Assembly (NCBI RefSeq): GCF_964204645.1
Contig: NC_134034.1
Coordinates: forward strand, 11,172,962 to 11,236,961
Length of the DNA: 64,000 nt
Direction of reading: 5' to 3'
Source of the DNA: Tubulanus polymorphus
Taxonomy: Eukaryota; Animalia; Nemertea
Below the pieces are notes generated by a model that saw nothing but the letters and a program-made list of their open reading frames with translations, was not told the origin of the DNA and ran no database searches. This document shows positions 48,095 to 64,000 of this stretch, piece after piece; within the stretch, counting starts at the first letter, position 1, and every line of letters starts with the position of its first letter. Both the position numbers and the translations under genes were made by a program.

Positions 48095-48520
48095 TAATTG
48101 CATTCCGATTAAACTGCAAGCAGCTTCAAACGCTCCAACGTTTTCGTGCGCAGAGATCGAAACCTGTCGCTTCTTTTTAAGTCGAACATGTCGCTATATA
48201 AACAATGCATGTTAGACAACGTCATCGTCTAGTTCGCTAACTGGTCGCTAGGAGAGCAACAAGGCGTGTCGTGGTAATTTTTGCTGGATATTCAGATTAC
48301 TGTTTAGACTGCATATTTGATACTTAACTTGTCAACTCGGACCCATTTGACAATAATTTCCAAATAAGTATTTATAGTATTTCTAGAAATCTAAATTATA
48401 TTCTTGGTATTATAACCCCAAACCATTGTTAGTCATCTCTCAAGTATTATTACAACATTGCCTCTATCCCAAACGTGCGTAATACATTCAACGTAATAAC
48501 ACACACAATTTCGTTCCTAG

Positions 48521-48705
48521 AAAACTGGACTTTCTCTTCGTTACTGGTTGTAGTGTTCAGATCTCAGCATATCGCAGACGGATTTCACTAACTCGACGAA
48601 AACTCGAATTACTACTAGCGATCCTGGAGGATGCTCGTGGAAACCTCGCTTGCCACAGTAGTGGTGTGTGAGGTCATGGTCATGCTCTGCTTTGACGATG
48701 CTAAG
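48521..48705 (-). pseudogene. Remnant duplicate of the arginase last exon and intron
   Basis: 48521-48598 encodes VELVKSVCDMLRSEH, against VELVKSVCGMLRTEH at ~53118-53166. 48646-48705 matches 53526-53585. Confidence 0.75.
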
Positions 48706-49650
48706 AGTCTAATTCGGACGAAACGGAAGTTGGTTATCATGTCGCTTCGTGAAAGAAAACCTGTCCGTACGATGGACCATATACTGCTGGTGGGCTTTTT
48801 ACTGCAGACGACTTTACTAACGAATGTAAATGAATAACGAATATAACGGTCAAATAACGGCCGTCGTATTTCAAATATTCAAATATATATAGATACATTT
48901 TCAAATTCTCTCTAAAGTTAGTTTATATTCATATAAATGTAGGTTTTATGCTTCCAAAAGTAAGAGGTTTTCTATCAACACAAAACATCGAATTCCCCGA
49001 TACACAGATAACACTGCTTGAGATAACCTCGATAATTTCTAGGTATATACCTTAATCAATATACACATGATCAAATTAATACGAAAAAAAATTCCGCAGT
49101 TCATATACAGGACGATCAGAGAGAGGGGACACAAGCTGAGTGAGTGTACTGTGGAAGAGACGCACGTCAGGAGTAACGTTATATTAGAATCTTGGTAGCA
49201 TCAGGGAGCAGGTTCAGGAATAAGGTAAAAGTTTTCAATTTCGCAGACGTGGTTTCTGTAAGTAAAAAAAAAAGAACTGAATCGTCAGCAAAAAATCGTA
49301 AACAGATCGTGATGCCTTCGTTTATCATGAAGGCTAACAATGTCTTGCTTTGATATTAGATACAATTTTTTTTGAACAATGACCGCCGAATCTATGAGCA
49401 AAAAGTAGAACAATTAACTTGTATATACACGTAAATCAACAAGTGGTATCAGATCTTAAGACTGGTTTGAAGTCTTTAAGTCTGGACTGTGTAATTGGCC
49501 CCAGTCTATCGGGCAGGTCCTTTACGGGGAAGCTCTCGTCTCGTATTTATAATTTTCGGTACGAAATCGTATTTCAGGAGTTTCCCGAAGACCGCGTCAA
49601 TCAAATAAGACGTTTTGTTTATTGCGCGCGTTCACGATAAAACTCAAACA

Positions 49651-51982
49651 ATGCTAACGATGACGGTGACGCAAACAAGTTTTTGCCGGTGGTTGTTTTT
49701 AGCGATGGTTTTTATACCACGTGTTACGATGAAGAATTGTATCGGTGTTAGTAGTTGTATCTGTGACATGGACGATGGCAGCGGACGGATCGATATCACA
49801 TCGATAGGACGAACAGACGGAGTACCCCGGTAAGCATTGAAAGAAAATAGGTCGAAAATATTCGCGTATCGGAAACTCCCCTTTCAAAACACTCAAATCG
49901 TAATGATATTAACAATATTAATAATAACTATAATAATAATATAAATGATGAAAATGATAAGAATAATAAATAATAAATAATGATAGCAATTCTCAATGAT
50001 GATGATGATAATAATACGATTCACAAAACGCTGTAATTCCATGCCTCTGTAGTGACAAAGTCGTTTGAATTCAGTTCACGGATCACCACTGAAGTGAACG
50101 AGATTGAAAAATTGGTTTAAGGGTCACAAAAGCTGCTTAACTGGATTCTATTTTCGAAAATGTCTTCGAATTACAGATTCAAAGATATGGCAGAGAACCC
50201 TCCTTCAGCTTGGTATAGATACAACTACAACCCATGCGCGCCATTCACACTAGGAGGAACTGTAGGTTCCTGTCAAGGAGTAGCGGTTTGTATTTATCAG
50301 TTTTCGAATGTTAGATAATCACTGCACGGCCATCGTCACACGTACCTGACGTAATATTGGACGTAGAATGGCTTGAGTTTGGATTTTACCATAAATTTGC
50401 ATTTCCTCGGCAAATCAAAGATGGCCGCTGTAAATATGAATTATGTCATAAATATGCACGTATTCAATTTCAGTCGTGTGAAACTATAGTTGGCAACGAT
50501 AACTATTTTTACAGTTTAGGCCGTGACCCTGCGGTTTGGGGTTACGATTCCACCAGTAATATGGTAACCATCACCTACACAGATAGTTTTTAGTAAGTAT
50601 GTTACCAACAATCGAAGTTGCAAGTTGCAGCAATTCCCGGCGCCACTTCACTGTAGAAATTACTATGTAAAAAGTGTGTATGCTGCATGAACGTATCTTT
50701 ATAGCATTCTTGTACCAATTCACGGTCACAATAAACTTTACTTACCTACTTGACGAACCCCGTAAAAAGACCAACTTCACACTAGCGACACTTAACCGGG
50801 ATTGTCCATTACCTTATTCCAGTTGTGCCGTTGTATATAAGCTTTGTTTACTTTATGCTCGATATTCTCTGAAATTCCAGTAAGACTATAGTTTCACTGA
50901 AATGCGACGCGTCGGCGACGACTCCTCGGTTGGAGATACTAGGAATGACGGGCCAAGACGCATACGTAAGTAAAAACGTTTCACAGGTGCTCGCAGGACA
51001 TAGTTCGAACTTCTGGCAACGAGCCAAATGCCAGGCGCGTGTCGAGGAAGGTCCATCAAGTCTTGTTGGACATTTCTTGGATGAAGTAGTCGCACTACAG
51101 GAAGTAGCGGATCCTGATATCCGCGTAAGAAATTCTCGAAGAAATACATTCGCAAAAGATGTAATTTGTGAAAAAACATCATGAATTTAATTGTTTCTTA
51201 AGTAAAGTCGCACGGTTCATTTCCTAAACGTGGAACTGGGCTTGTAAAAAATCAGCAGTGTTATCTTATCTAACGTTACGTTTCATTAATTGTAAGACAT
51301 CTTGTGTTCTGTCAGGCATATACATTGACAAGTGATAAAGCGTGTCCATCTAGTAGTGGTGGTGGTGGAACCAGTGATGGCGGACTCAGTCCTGGATCAG
51401 TGATGTGTATCATGTACGTATTTTAGTCTTACCGCAACCGTTGAATTTGAATATCTCTTTCACAGTTGGACTATCAGCCGATGATTTCGGAAAACCAGTA
51501 TTTTTTCCCCAACGACGATTAGAATTAGGGATCATTCATTTATTACGTACGCATAGAATTTGACTTCTTTTGACCCTGCTCCCTGTACGTAACAATCGGC
51601 CATTTTACATATAAACATTTAGCATTACAGTACGCAATTTCACTTAGCCCCCCCCCCACCCCTAATGCGTACGTAATAAATGAAGACATGATTTAAAACA
51701 TTTTAGATTACTGGTCGTGTTAGTCGTGTACGTAGTCGGCGGTGTAGTGTTTCTCCACACCGCACGTGGCGCCACTGGAGCGGAAATGGTGCCCAACAGA
51801 ACGTTCTGGATGGCGATTCCTGGTCTCATTATTGTACGTATCTAAATACAATAATTAAGAAGAAAACAGAGAATCCTAATGAATCTTAAAGAGTCAATTC
51901 ATTTTTTTCTCTTTTTAAGGATGGGTGCAAATGGGTCATCGGAAAAATCCGAGGCGGAGGCGGACAATATCAAAAGATGTGA
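49651..51982 (+). CDS. Cation-dependent mannose-6-phosphate-receptor-like (MRH domain) type I membrane protein, copy B, intact
   Basis: Signal-like N-terminus; CICDMDDGSGRIDITSIG, YRYNYNPCAPF, VSLKCD, YTLTSDKACP and LSPGSVMCI; a TM segment; GATGAEMVPNRTFWMAIPGLII|DGC; and a C-terminal YQKM (YxxPhi). Seven in-phase exons. Confidence 0.85.
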
Positions 51983-53117
51983 TACTTGCATTCCGATTAA
52001 ACTACAAGCAGGCCCAACCGTTATTGTGCACGGACCTTATTTCGAAACCTGTCGCTTCTTTTTTAAGTCGGACCTGTCGCTAAATAAACATCGACTATCA
52101 GACAACGTCATCGTCTAGTTCGCTAACCGGTCGCTAGGAGCGCAAGAATGACGTGTTTTCCCAGGCTGAGCGTCGTGGTAATCTCTATTCGAATGGTAGC
52201 CGTATGAGGAGATTGGAGCTCGAATCTAGTGGGGCTAGCTGTATAGTGATCACGTCATCGGGAGGTTGGAAGCACGAAACCGTCAAGGGCCGACCCTGAC
52301 TGGTGCACAGGGAGCGCACGTTCCCGTCGCTATTTTCTCGTGCTCGCCTGTACTGAGATACAATGGCATCTCTTCAGGGCTGCTTTTCCACTCGTAACTT
52401 AAAGAACAGCTTTTTGCTGATTTAGCGCTTCAAGTGTCCGAGAAATTGTATGAAAATGTGCTGAAATTTCAAATCTTCCAAAATTCCTTGAATTTGGCCG
52501 CTTGGACACTTCACTGGCCCTTTTCAGGATACATCAGGATACGATTTTTCCGCGCTCCTGTCTTATAGTTCGCCCCTAGATCCGCCCCTAACTGCGTAGA
52601 TCGCGTTTTCCTCCTAAATCGAAGAACAATCAGATATGAATTCAACGAAATATATTCTTTTTTAATTTCCATAAAAGTAAAATTTGAGGAGTACCGACGC
52701 GTCCCCTTCTGAAATACTCAACATTCGCCTGTTAAAACGACATTAGCCTAGTGCATTTGGGTTAAAATGAGATTTGAAAGTCGCACATTGAGAAATGAGT
52801 TAAAAATAGACAAAGTAAATACATGAATAAACGATGGAAAATGAGTAAATAGATAAAACGAAAAAAATACGTAGGTGAAATTTATCCTGTCAAACTCATT
52901 TCCATTACAGACAATATCTAGGTGTAGCCCCTATCACACAACGGATCGTAACGTATTTTGTTTAAAGTAAGAACCAATCACAGTCAAGTTGAAGTTAGTT
53001 TTGAGTTCCAAACGCCGGACGTCACCGGATGGTTCATGCTTCACCCGAGAAAATGCCTAAAAACCGACATTAATTTTATGTTCCTATAAAAACTGGACTT
53101 TCTTTTCGTTGCTGGTT

Positions 53118-58278
<5,161 letters not shown>

Positions 58279-58663
58279 GCTTGAGTTTCTGGTCTGCTCC
58301 GGGTGTCGTGTATACAGTACGACGGACACAATGCCAAATGAACGACAGAGCACGTGGCCCAATTGCGCATCGATGATTTTATTTCTGCATGTAGGCGAAT
58401 TTCCGGTGCGGCCTTCACACGGTCACGTGGTGCATATATAAACCGCTAGAATTAATATACGAATTCGAAGGAATAGATATAAATAATTCCCCTTTCTATA
58501 ATATATCGCGTGCATATTTTTCGCAGAAATGAAAACGAACCAACAAAGAGAAAAATCCGCTTTTGAATGTAATGTCCAATAAGAATCCGTCGATGCTCAC
58601 TTTACGCTGGCAATAAGAAAAACCTGTTTCCTTTCTGGTAACAGACGTTCGTGACAGCTGATG

Positions 58664-58770
<107 letters not shown>

Positions 58771-59507
58771 ATTATTCCCCGGGTTTGTAATGAAACTCTT
58801 TTTAAATTTTGCAAAGATCTGACATGAGCGTAGTCTAATGTTTCATCCAACTCACATATCAACCTGTTTGAGAATTAAACCTTTGTTTAAACGCTCTGTC
58901 TCCAGTCACCATTAATTAGTAAAATCATGTTATTCAACTAATTGTTAGTATCTCACAGGTCTACCAGCTTTGTTTGCACCTGTTGAGCATGCTCAATCTG
59001 TTTCTGCCTAGACGGTTACTATGTACAATTAGCAGATCAATCTATTGTTTTGAGAAGTTGGACTTAGTTTTGACCAAATCAACGAGTTTTGTTTGTTTGT
59101 TGACCCGCCCCTTGGTGATGGGCCAGCTGAGTATCTTGAGAAGGAAAATCAAACATTCTGACTCAGGACGTCAGCAAATAAACAACTCTCTACGTCAAAA
59201 CTATATTTGTATTTAACTCATCTTTTTAAGGTAAGTTCATCTGTCTCGTAATTTCATACTTAGGCCTAAATGCTTAATGGTCTTGAATCTTAGCGGTTAC
59301 CCTTATATCTATTATTCAAAACTATTACGTATATATATATCTAAAATTAAGTGTACTAAATATCTAATCAAAGATTCTGACTCAGGACGTCAGCAAATAA
59401 ACAACTCTCTACGTCGAAACTATATTTGTATTTAACTCATCTTTTTAAGGTTCTACCATCGATAGTTCCCCACTCCATTAACGGCATAAACTTCGTTAAT
59501 ACATACA

Positions 59508-61364
59508 TCACTGTCAAGTCAAAAGATCCGACTTGAGCGGAGTCTACTGTACCATCCAACTCATATTATCACTGTCAAGTCAAAAGATCCGACTTGAGCG
59601 GAGTCTACTGTATCATCCAACTCAGATATCACTCTCAAGTCAAAAGATCAGACTTGAGAGGAGTCTACTGTACCATCCAACTCAGATATCACTGTCAAGT
59701 CAAAAGATCCGACTTGAGCGGCGTCTACTGTACTATCCAACTCAGATATCATTATTATTATTATTATTTATTTTTCCATTTTGAATTATAATAATCGTAC
59801 AAAGTAATACAAATACAAAAATTCAAGATGGAGGGAAACATGAAGAAACCTGTTAAGGTTTATATGATATTCATGCCACCCTCGTACACCCAATCACACT
59901 CTCTTTCACACTACATTCACACTGAAAATATCTAAGTGCCAGATGGCAGAGACTGGCAAGGTTATCGAAACATTAATTGAGAAGATACTGTTTGAGAGCA
60001 CGTTTAAAAACTGGAGGGGATACTGATCCAATGATCTTCAGTGAGTAAGGTAAGTTATTCCAAGTTAAAGGGGCTGATACTTTTAATGAAAATTTCTTTC
60101 GATTGGTTCTAAATTGTTCTACTTTGAATGCATGACGGTTTCGAGTATGATGATGGTGAAAGTCGGAATTTAATGAAAAATAATCTGAAAACGAGTTAGG
60201 CAGTAGTGAATTCTTATATTTAAATATGAAAAAGCACAATTGAAATTTCGTCATTGCTCGAAAAGTAAGGATACCTAAGTTTTTGAAGATGGGGGCTGTA
60301 TGGTCAAAGAAGGTAACCTTCGATATTACCCTGATCGCACGCTTTTGAAGTAGGATTATTGGCCTGATTCTCGATTCGTAGTTATTGCCCCAGATAAAAT
60401 TGCAGTATTGGAGATACGGGTAAACAAAACTATAGTATAGCGTTTTCATCACTAAAACTGGCAATCGTCTTTTAACTCTATTCAAAACACCAATACTACG
60501 AGAGATCTTTTTACAGACAAATGATATGTGGTCAGACCACGTCAGTTTACTATCAATATATAAACCAAGAAATTTTGTGGAATGAACTTGCTTTATTGGG
60601 ACATTTCCAATTTTTATGGCACAAGGGGTACCCTTGAAATTACCGAAAATCATAAAATAACATTTTTCAAGGTTAAGAGACAATTTATTAACTTGAAACC
60701 ACATTCGAAGTTTGATGAGTTCATTGTTTATCAGTTGGAATATCTTCTTATGATCTTTTGAATAAGCGAAGCATGTTGTGTCATCTGCAAAAAGGGTGAA
60801 GTCAAGAATTTTTGAAGCATTGACACAATCATTTATGAATAATAGATATAAAAGAGGACCGAGAATAGAACCTTGGGGAACTCCGATAGTTATACCCCTT
60901 CTCATTCTCAAGTCAAAAGATCCGACTTGAGCGGCGTCTACTGTATCATCCAACTCAGATATCACTCTCAAGTCAAAAGATCAGACTTGAGAGGAGTCTA
61001 CTGTACTATCCAACTCAGATATCACTCTCAAGTCAAAAGATCTGACTTGAGCGGAGTCTACTGTATCATCCAACTCATATTATCACTGTCAAGTCAAAAG
61101 ATCCGACTTGAGCGGCGTCTACTGTACTATCCAACTCAGATATCACTCTCAAGTCAAAAGATCCGACTTGAGCGGCGTCTACTGTACTATCCAACGCAGA
61201 TATCACTCTCAAGTCAAAAGATCGGACTTGAGCGGAGTCTACTGTACCATCCAACTCATATTATCACTGTCAAGTCAAAAGATCCGACTTGAGCGGCGTC
61301 TACTGTACTATCCAACTCAGATATCACTCTCAAGTCAAAAGATCAGACTTGAGAGGAGTCTACT
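59508..61364. repeat. 60-62-bp minisatellite split by a LINE (59508-59750 and 60904-61364)
   Basis: Unit tatcactctcaagtcaaaagatccgacttgagcggagtctactgtatcatccaactcaga. Confidence 0.93.
59751..60903 (-). mobile_element. 5'-truncated LINE (CR1/L2/Crack group) with a reverse transcriptase C-terminal ORF
   Basis: Encodes GVPQGSILGPLLYLLFIND, TLFADDT, KFLGLYIDSKLTWSDHI, LYYSFVYPYLQYC..IWG and LQKRAIR. Has a 3' UTR and a (TAA)n tail at 59751-59770. Confidence 0.93.
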
Positions 61365-61508
61365 TTTCCTTCTTGCTAGTAGTATTAGTGGTGTCTACGC
61401 ATACCTCATGTAGTAGCGAATGTTTTTGAAAAAGAAATTTCCAGATGAAAGCTACTATTTATTCAACTGATATCAAACATGAATTTATAAATGATAGTTT
61501 AGTCTGAA

Positions 61509-63995
61509 TTAGTATTTTTCGCAATTAGCGGACGTGAACTGGGTGCATTTACTGTTGCTGGTCTCTTCTTTGAAGCCATTAGTTTTATCCAATCCGGCAC
61601 CTGAAAAATTGATTCGAGAAATCAAAGAATTGCCTTTAGACTCAAACTTTACAGTGGAACCGGGTCCTTGACCCAGTTGAAGTGTCGTGACTTACTTCCA
61701 AATGTGGCTTTAAACTCAAATACTGGTCGTAAGGTTTTAGATTGGTTTTAGTACCAAAATGGGCTCAGACCGGCCTTAAGTTGTTAGATTGGCTATACTG
61801 AAATCCATGGTCTTAGACTGGTCTTAAATTAAATTTGGCTATGAATTGAAATTGTTTTAAGCTGTTAGATGGATTATAGAACCAAAATGAACTTAGACTG
61901 GTCTTAATTTGTTACAACTCAAATACAACCAAATGGTCTTGACTGGTCTTCAGTTTTTAGATCGGTTAACGAGCCGAAATGGTTTTATTGGTCTTAAGTT
62001 GTTGGATTGGCTTTTAGCAATCAGTTGGTCTTACAAATGATTTTAGATATAGGCCCTTGTCCCTCGTGGGCTTAGGTTACCGATGATAGATTATGATATT
62101 TACCATCGATTAAGTTACGTAGGTTACAGTAATTCGTCCCTTTGTCCAAGACGGCGTACCACACATCTGACGACGAGTAAGCCTGAAAGATGAATTCAAC
62201 CGGTTCACGTTCATTTTCATTCATTTCATAGAAAAGAACATGTACATCGATACATCGTAATATTTACAATTATAGGATTGAGAAAAGTTTGATGTTTTAA
62301 TGAATGTATGGAAAATGTGCTGTACAAAGATCATTGGGTTACGTTACATTTCCAAGCAAAGCCTTTATAGAATGCCGCTGAAGCGAGCACCCATGAGATG
62401 AAAATGGATTGAAAGATATGCTATATTTATTGCGTATTTCTGCAATTATAAAAGGTTGGATCGTTGCAAAAGTGATTATCTCTGTAGCAGGAAATGAGAT
62501 TTGATCTCTGTCTTGACGAAAAGGTCAACCCCATTGGGAAGGCAGGGTTTCAGACCCCAGAGATTACCCCGTACATCCGAGTTGGCTAGAAATTGCCTGA
62601 ATTACTTACTTTGGAATCTAGGTTTTTTTTAGGGCATTGGGAAATTCTTTTAGAAATATTTCAATTTCCAAGAAAGTATTTACACTCCAACCATTTCCAC
62701 GGTATGGAGGTAGACTAAAGAATATATTATAAACAATATTTACAAAACAACAGAAAATATAAACCCGTCTTGATAACAAAGTTATTAACAATACATTTCA
62801 TACCACATTTACGCTATATTAACAATGGAGTGGTCTATATGCATTCATCAAAGCCTTGACCTTTTTTTATGTGAACGGCGACGCAAAATCTACCCCTTTT
62901 CTAATTCAAATTTCCTACAGGGTGAATCTTAGGAAACAAATGCACTTTTAGAAAGTGAATATATAAGATATTTTGTTCAGGTGAAAGGCGTCCTCGGGTC
63001 TGTGTAGGTCCAGTTACTCGTGCAAGAGTACAGTGACGCGTCGCAGGTAAAATCAGTGTCACAAAAAGTCTCCGAGTTAAAAGAAAAATAAGAAATTGAT
63101 TTTGTTTTGTCCGAGTTAATCAGAATTTTGAGTTGACAATGCCCGAGTTATGTGAGGTTTATTGTATTCAATGATTTAATGTTTATAAGTGAGGGTTTTT
63201 CCTACCCTGAAGGTCCTTTTATACGGGAAGGTTCACTCGCGCTATATTGGCCGTCAATTGGCCGTCAACTGCGACGTTCATACACGGTTCGTGCGTTTGA
63301 CGACCATATGACAAACACCTACCTCGACCGAGCACGATTTTCCGTCCTCGCTTGCTTGAAATTTGAAAGATAAACTGTCGGAATATTTCGCTACCGGGGT
63401 CAAATGGCTGGCTTTAATTTCAGAGTCCGACGCAATTTTCAACTGAAAGAAATGATAGTAATTTCAATGCAAGAATTATAGCGATTTCAAATGGATGTTG
63501 TTGCGATGTCAATGAGCGCTTAAACTGGAAATGTACGACCAAATTGGACGTATCTCGCGGAACAGAATGGATGGCGGGGATCAGGGGGAGGGAATGTAAT
63601 AAAAAACTAAAACTGCAGGCCCAGTTACTCAGGGACATTATTGCGGAACTGGGTCCAGTTGGTCTTGATTCATAGGAATGGTCTTAAGAAATAGCTAGTA
63701 TAATATGTCCGAAGAAATACTAAGCTTGTATATGGCAAAATAGGTTTGAAAATGGCGTCATATCGAGTCGGAATGTCACTAGTAAAGTTTTTCTTAATTT
63801 TATTCGGTTAAGTTGTTCTTCATTGAGTTTTTTTTTCTTCGAGGCAATTGGAGGAGATGGTGTGACGGGTCGCGTGAAATATTTACGATATATAAGCACT
63901 TTTCTCCACCATTAGCGCAGTTATCGGCCGTTTTCCACGCGTCGATTTGAGCGAGAATTTTGCCGTGAATAACGCCGCAATTTTCACCGAACGTC
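61509..63995 (-). CDS. 3' part of an uncharacterised Cys-rich protein gene; exons 63887-63995, 63323-63442, 62104-62182, 61509-61600; continues beyond the window
   Basis: In-phase splicing gives TFGENCGVIHGKILAQIDAWKTADNCANGGEKCLYI|LKIASDSEIKASHLTPVAKYSDSLSFKFQASEDGKSCSVE|AYSSSDVWYAVLDKGTNYCNLRNLID|GAGLDKTNGFKEETSNSKCTQFTSANCEKY*. Confidence 0.8.
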
Positions 63996-64000
63996 CTACA

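Noticed and set aside
59973-60971. Reverse transcriptase plus flanking repeats as a retron, DGR or CRISPR-RT-like system
   Set aside because: The RT is a 5'-truncated non-LTR retrotransposon fragment with a (TAA)n tail that interrupts a pre-existing satellite.
60873-61413. Repetitive ORFs in the 60-bp satellite, also 59533-59791 and 21348-21629
   Set aside because: These are open frames produced by tandem repeats, with no splice or homology support.
61509-62182. Lipocalin/ApoD assignment for the last gene
   Set aside because: The resemblance at the C-terminus was superficial; the upstream exons lack lipocalin motifs.

Overview
This window is eukaryotic animal genomic DNA with spliceosomal GT-AG introns and CpG-rich exons. 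The gene set and repeat content suggest a marine invertebrate, but the taxon is inferred only. Genes read by hand, in order: an intronless TTLL9 (-); a 7-finger C2H2 zinc-finger gene (-); a ~20-exon DPY19L1-like C-mannosyltransferase (-) head-to-head with SPATA48/SPMIP7 (+); a small secreted coiled-coil protein (-); SH3BP5-like (+); a partly resolved single-pass membrane protein gene (-); two tandem cation-dependent M6P-receptor-like (MRH) paralogs (+), the first with a premature stop; arginase (-); and the 3' part of an uncharacterised Cys-rich protein gene (-). Introns and spacers contain many minisatellites, MITEs of several superfamilies (3-bp, TTAA, TA and 8-bp target-site duplications), a 1.3-kb foldback element, a tRNA-derived SINE and two LINE fragments. 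I found no prokaryote-type system such as CRISPR or a retron, and nothing I can show is a new system. The most interesting pattern is tandem repeats built from functional or transposon-terminal motifs: a CTCF-like motif array, a splice-donor array, and two minisatellites derived from MITE ends. The MRH duplication with altered sugar-binding residues is also notable. Exon boundaries were read manually and may be off by a few bases.
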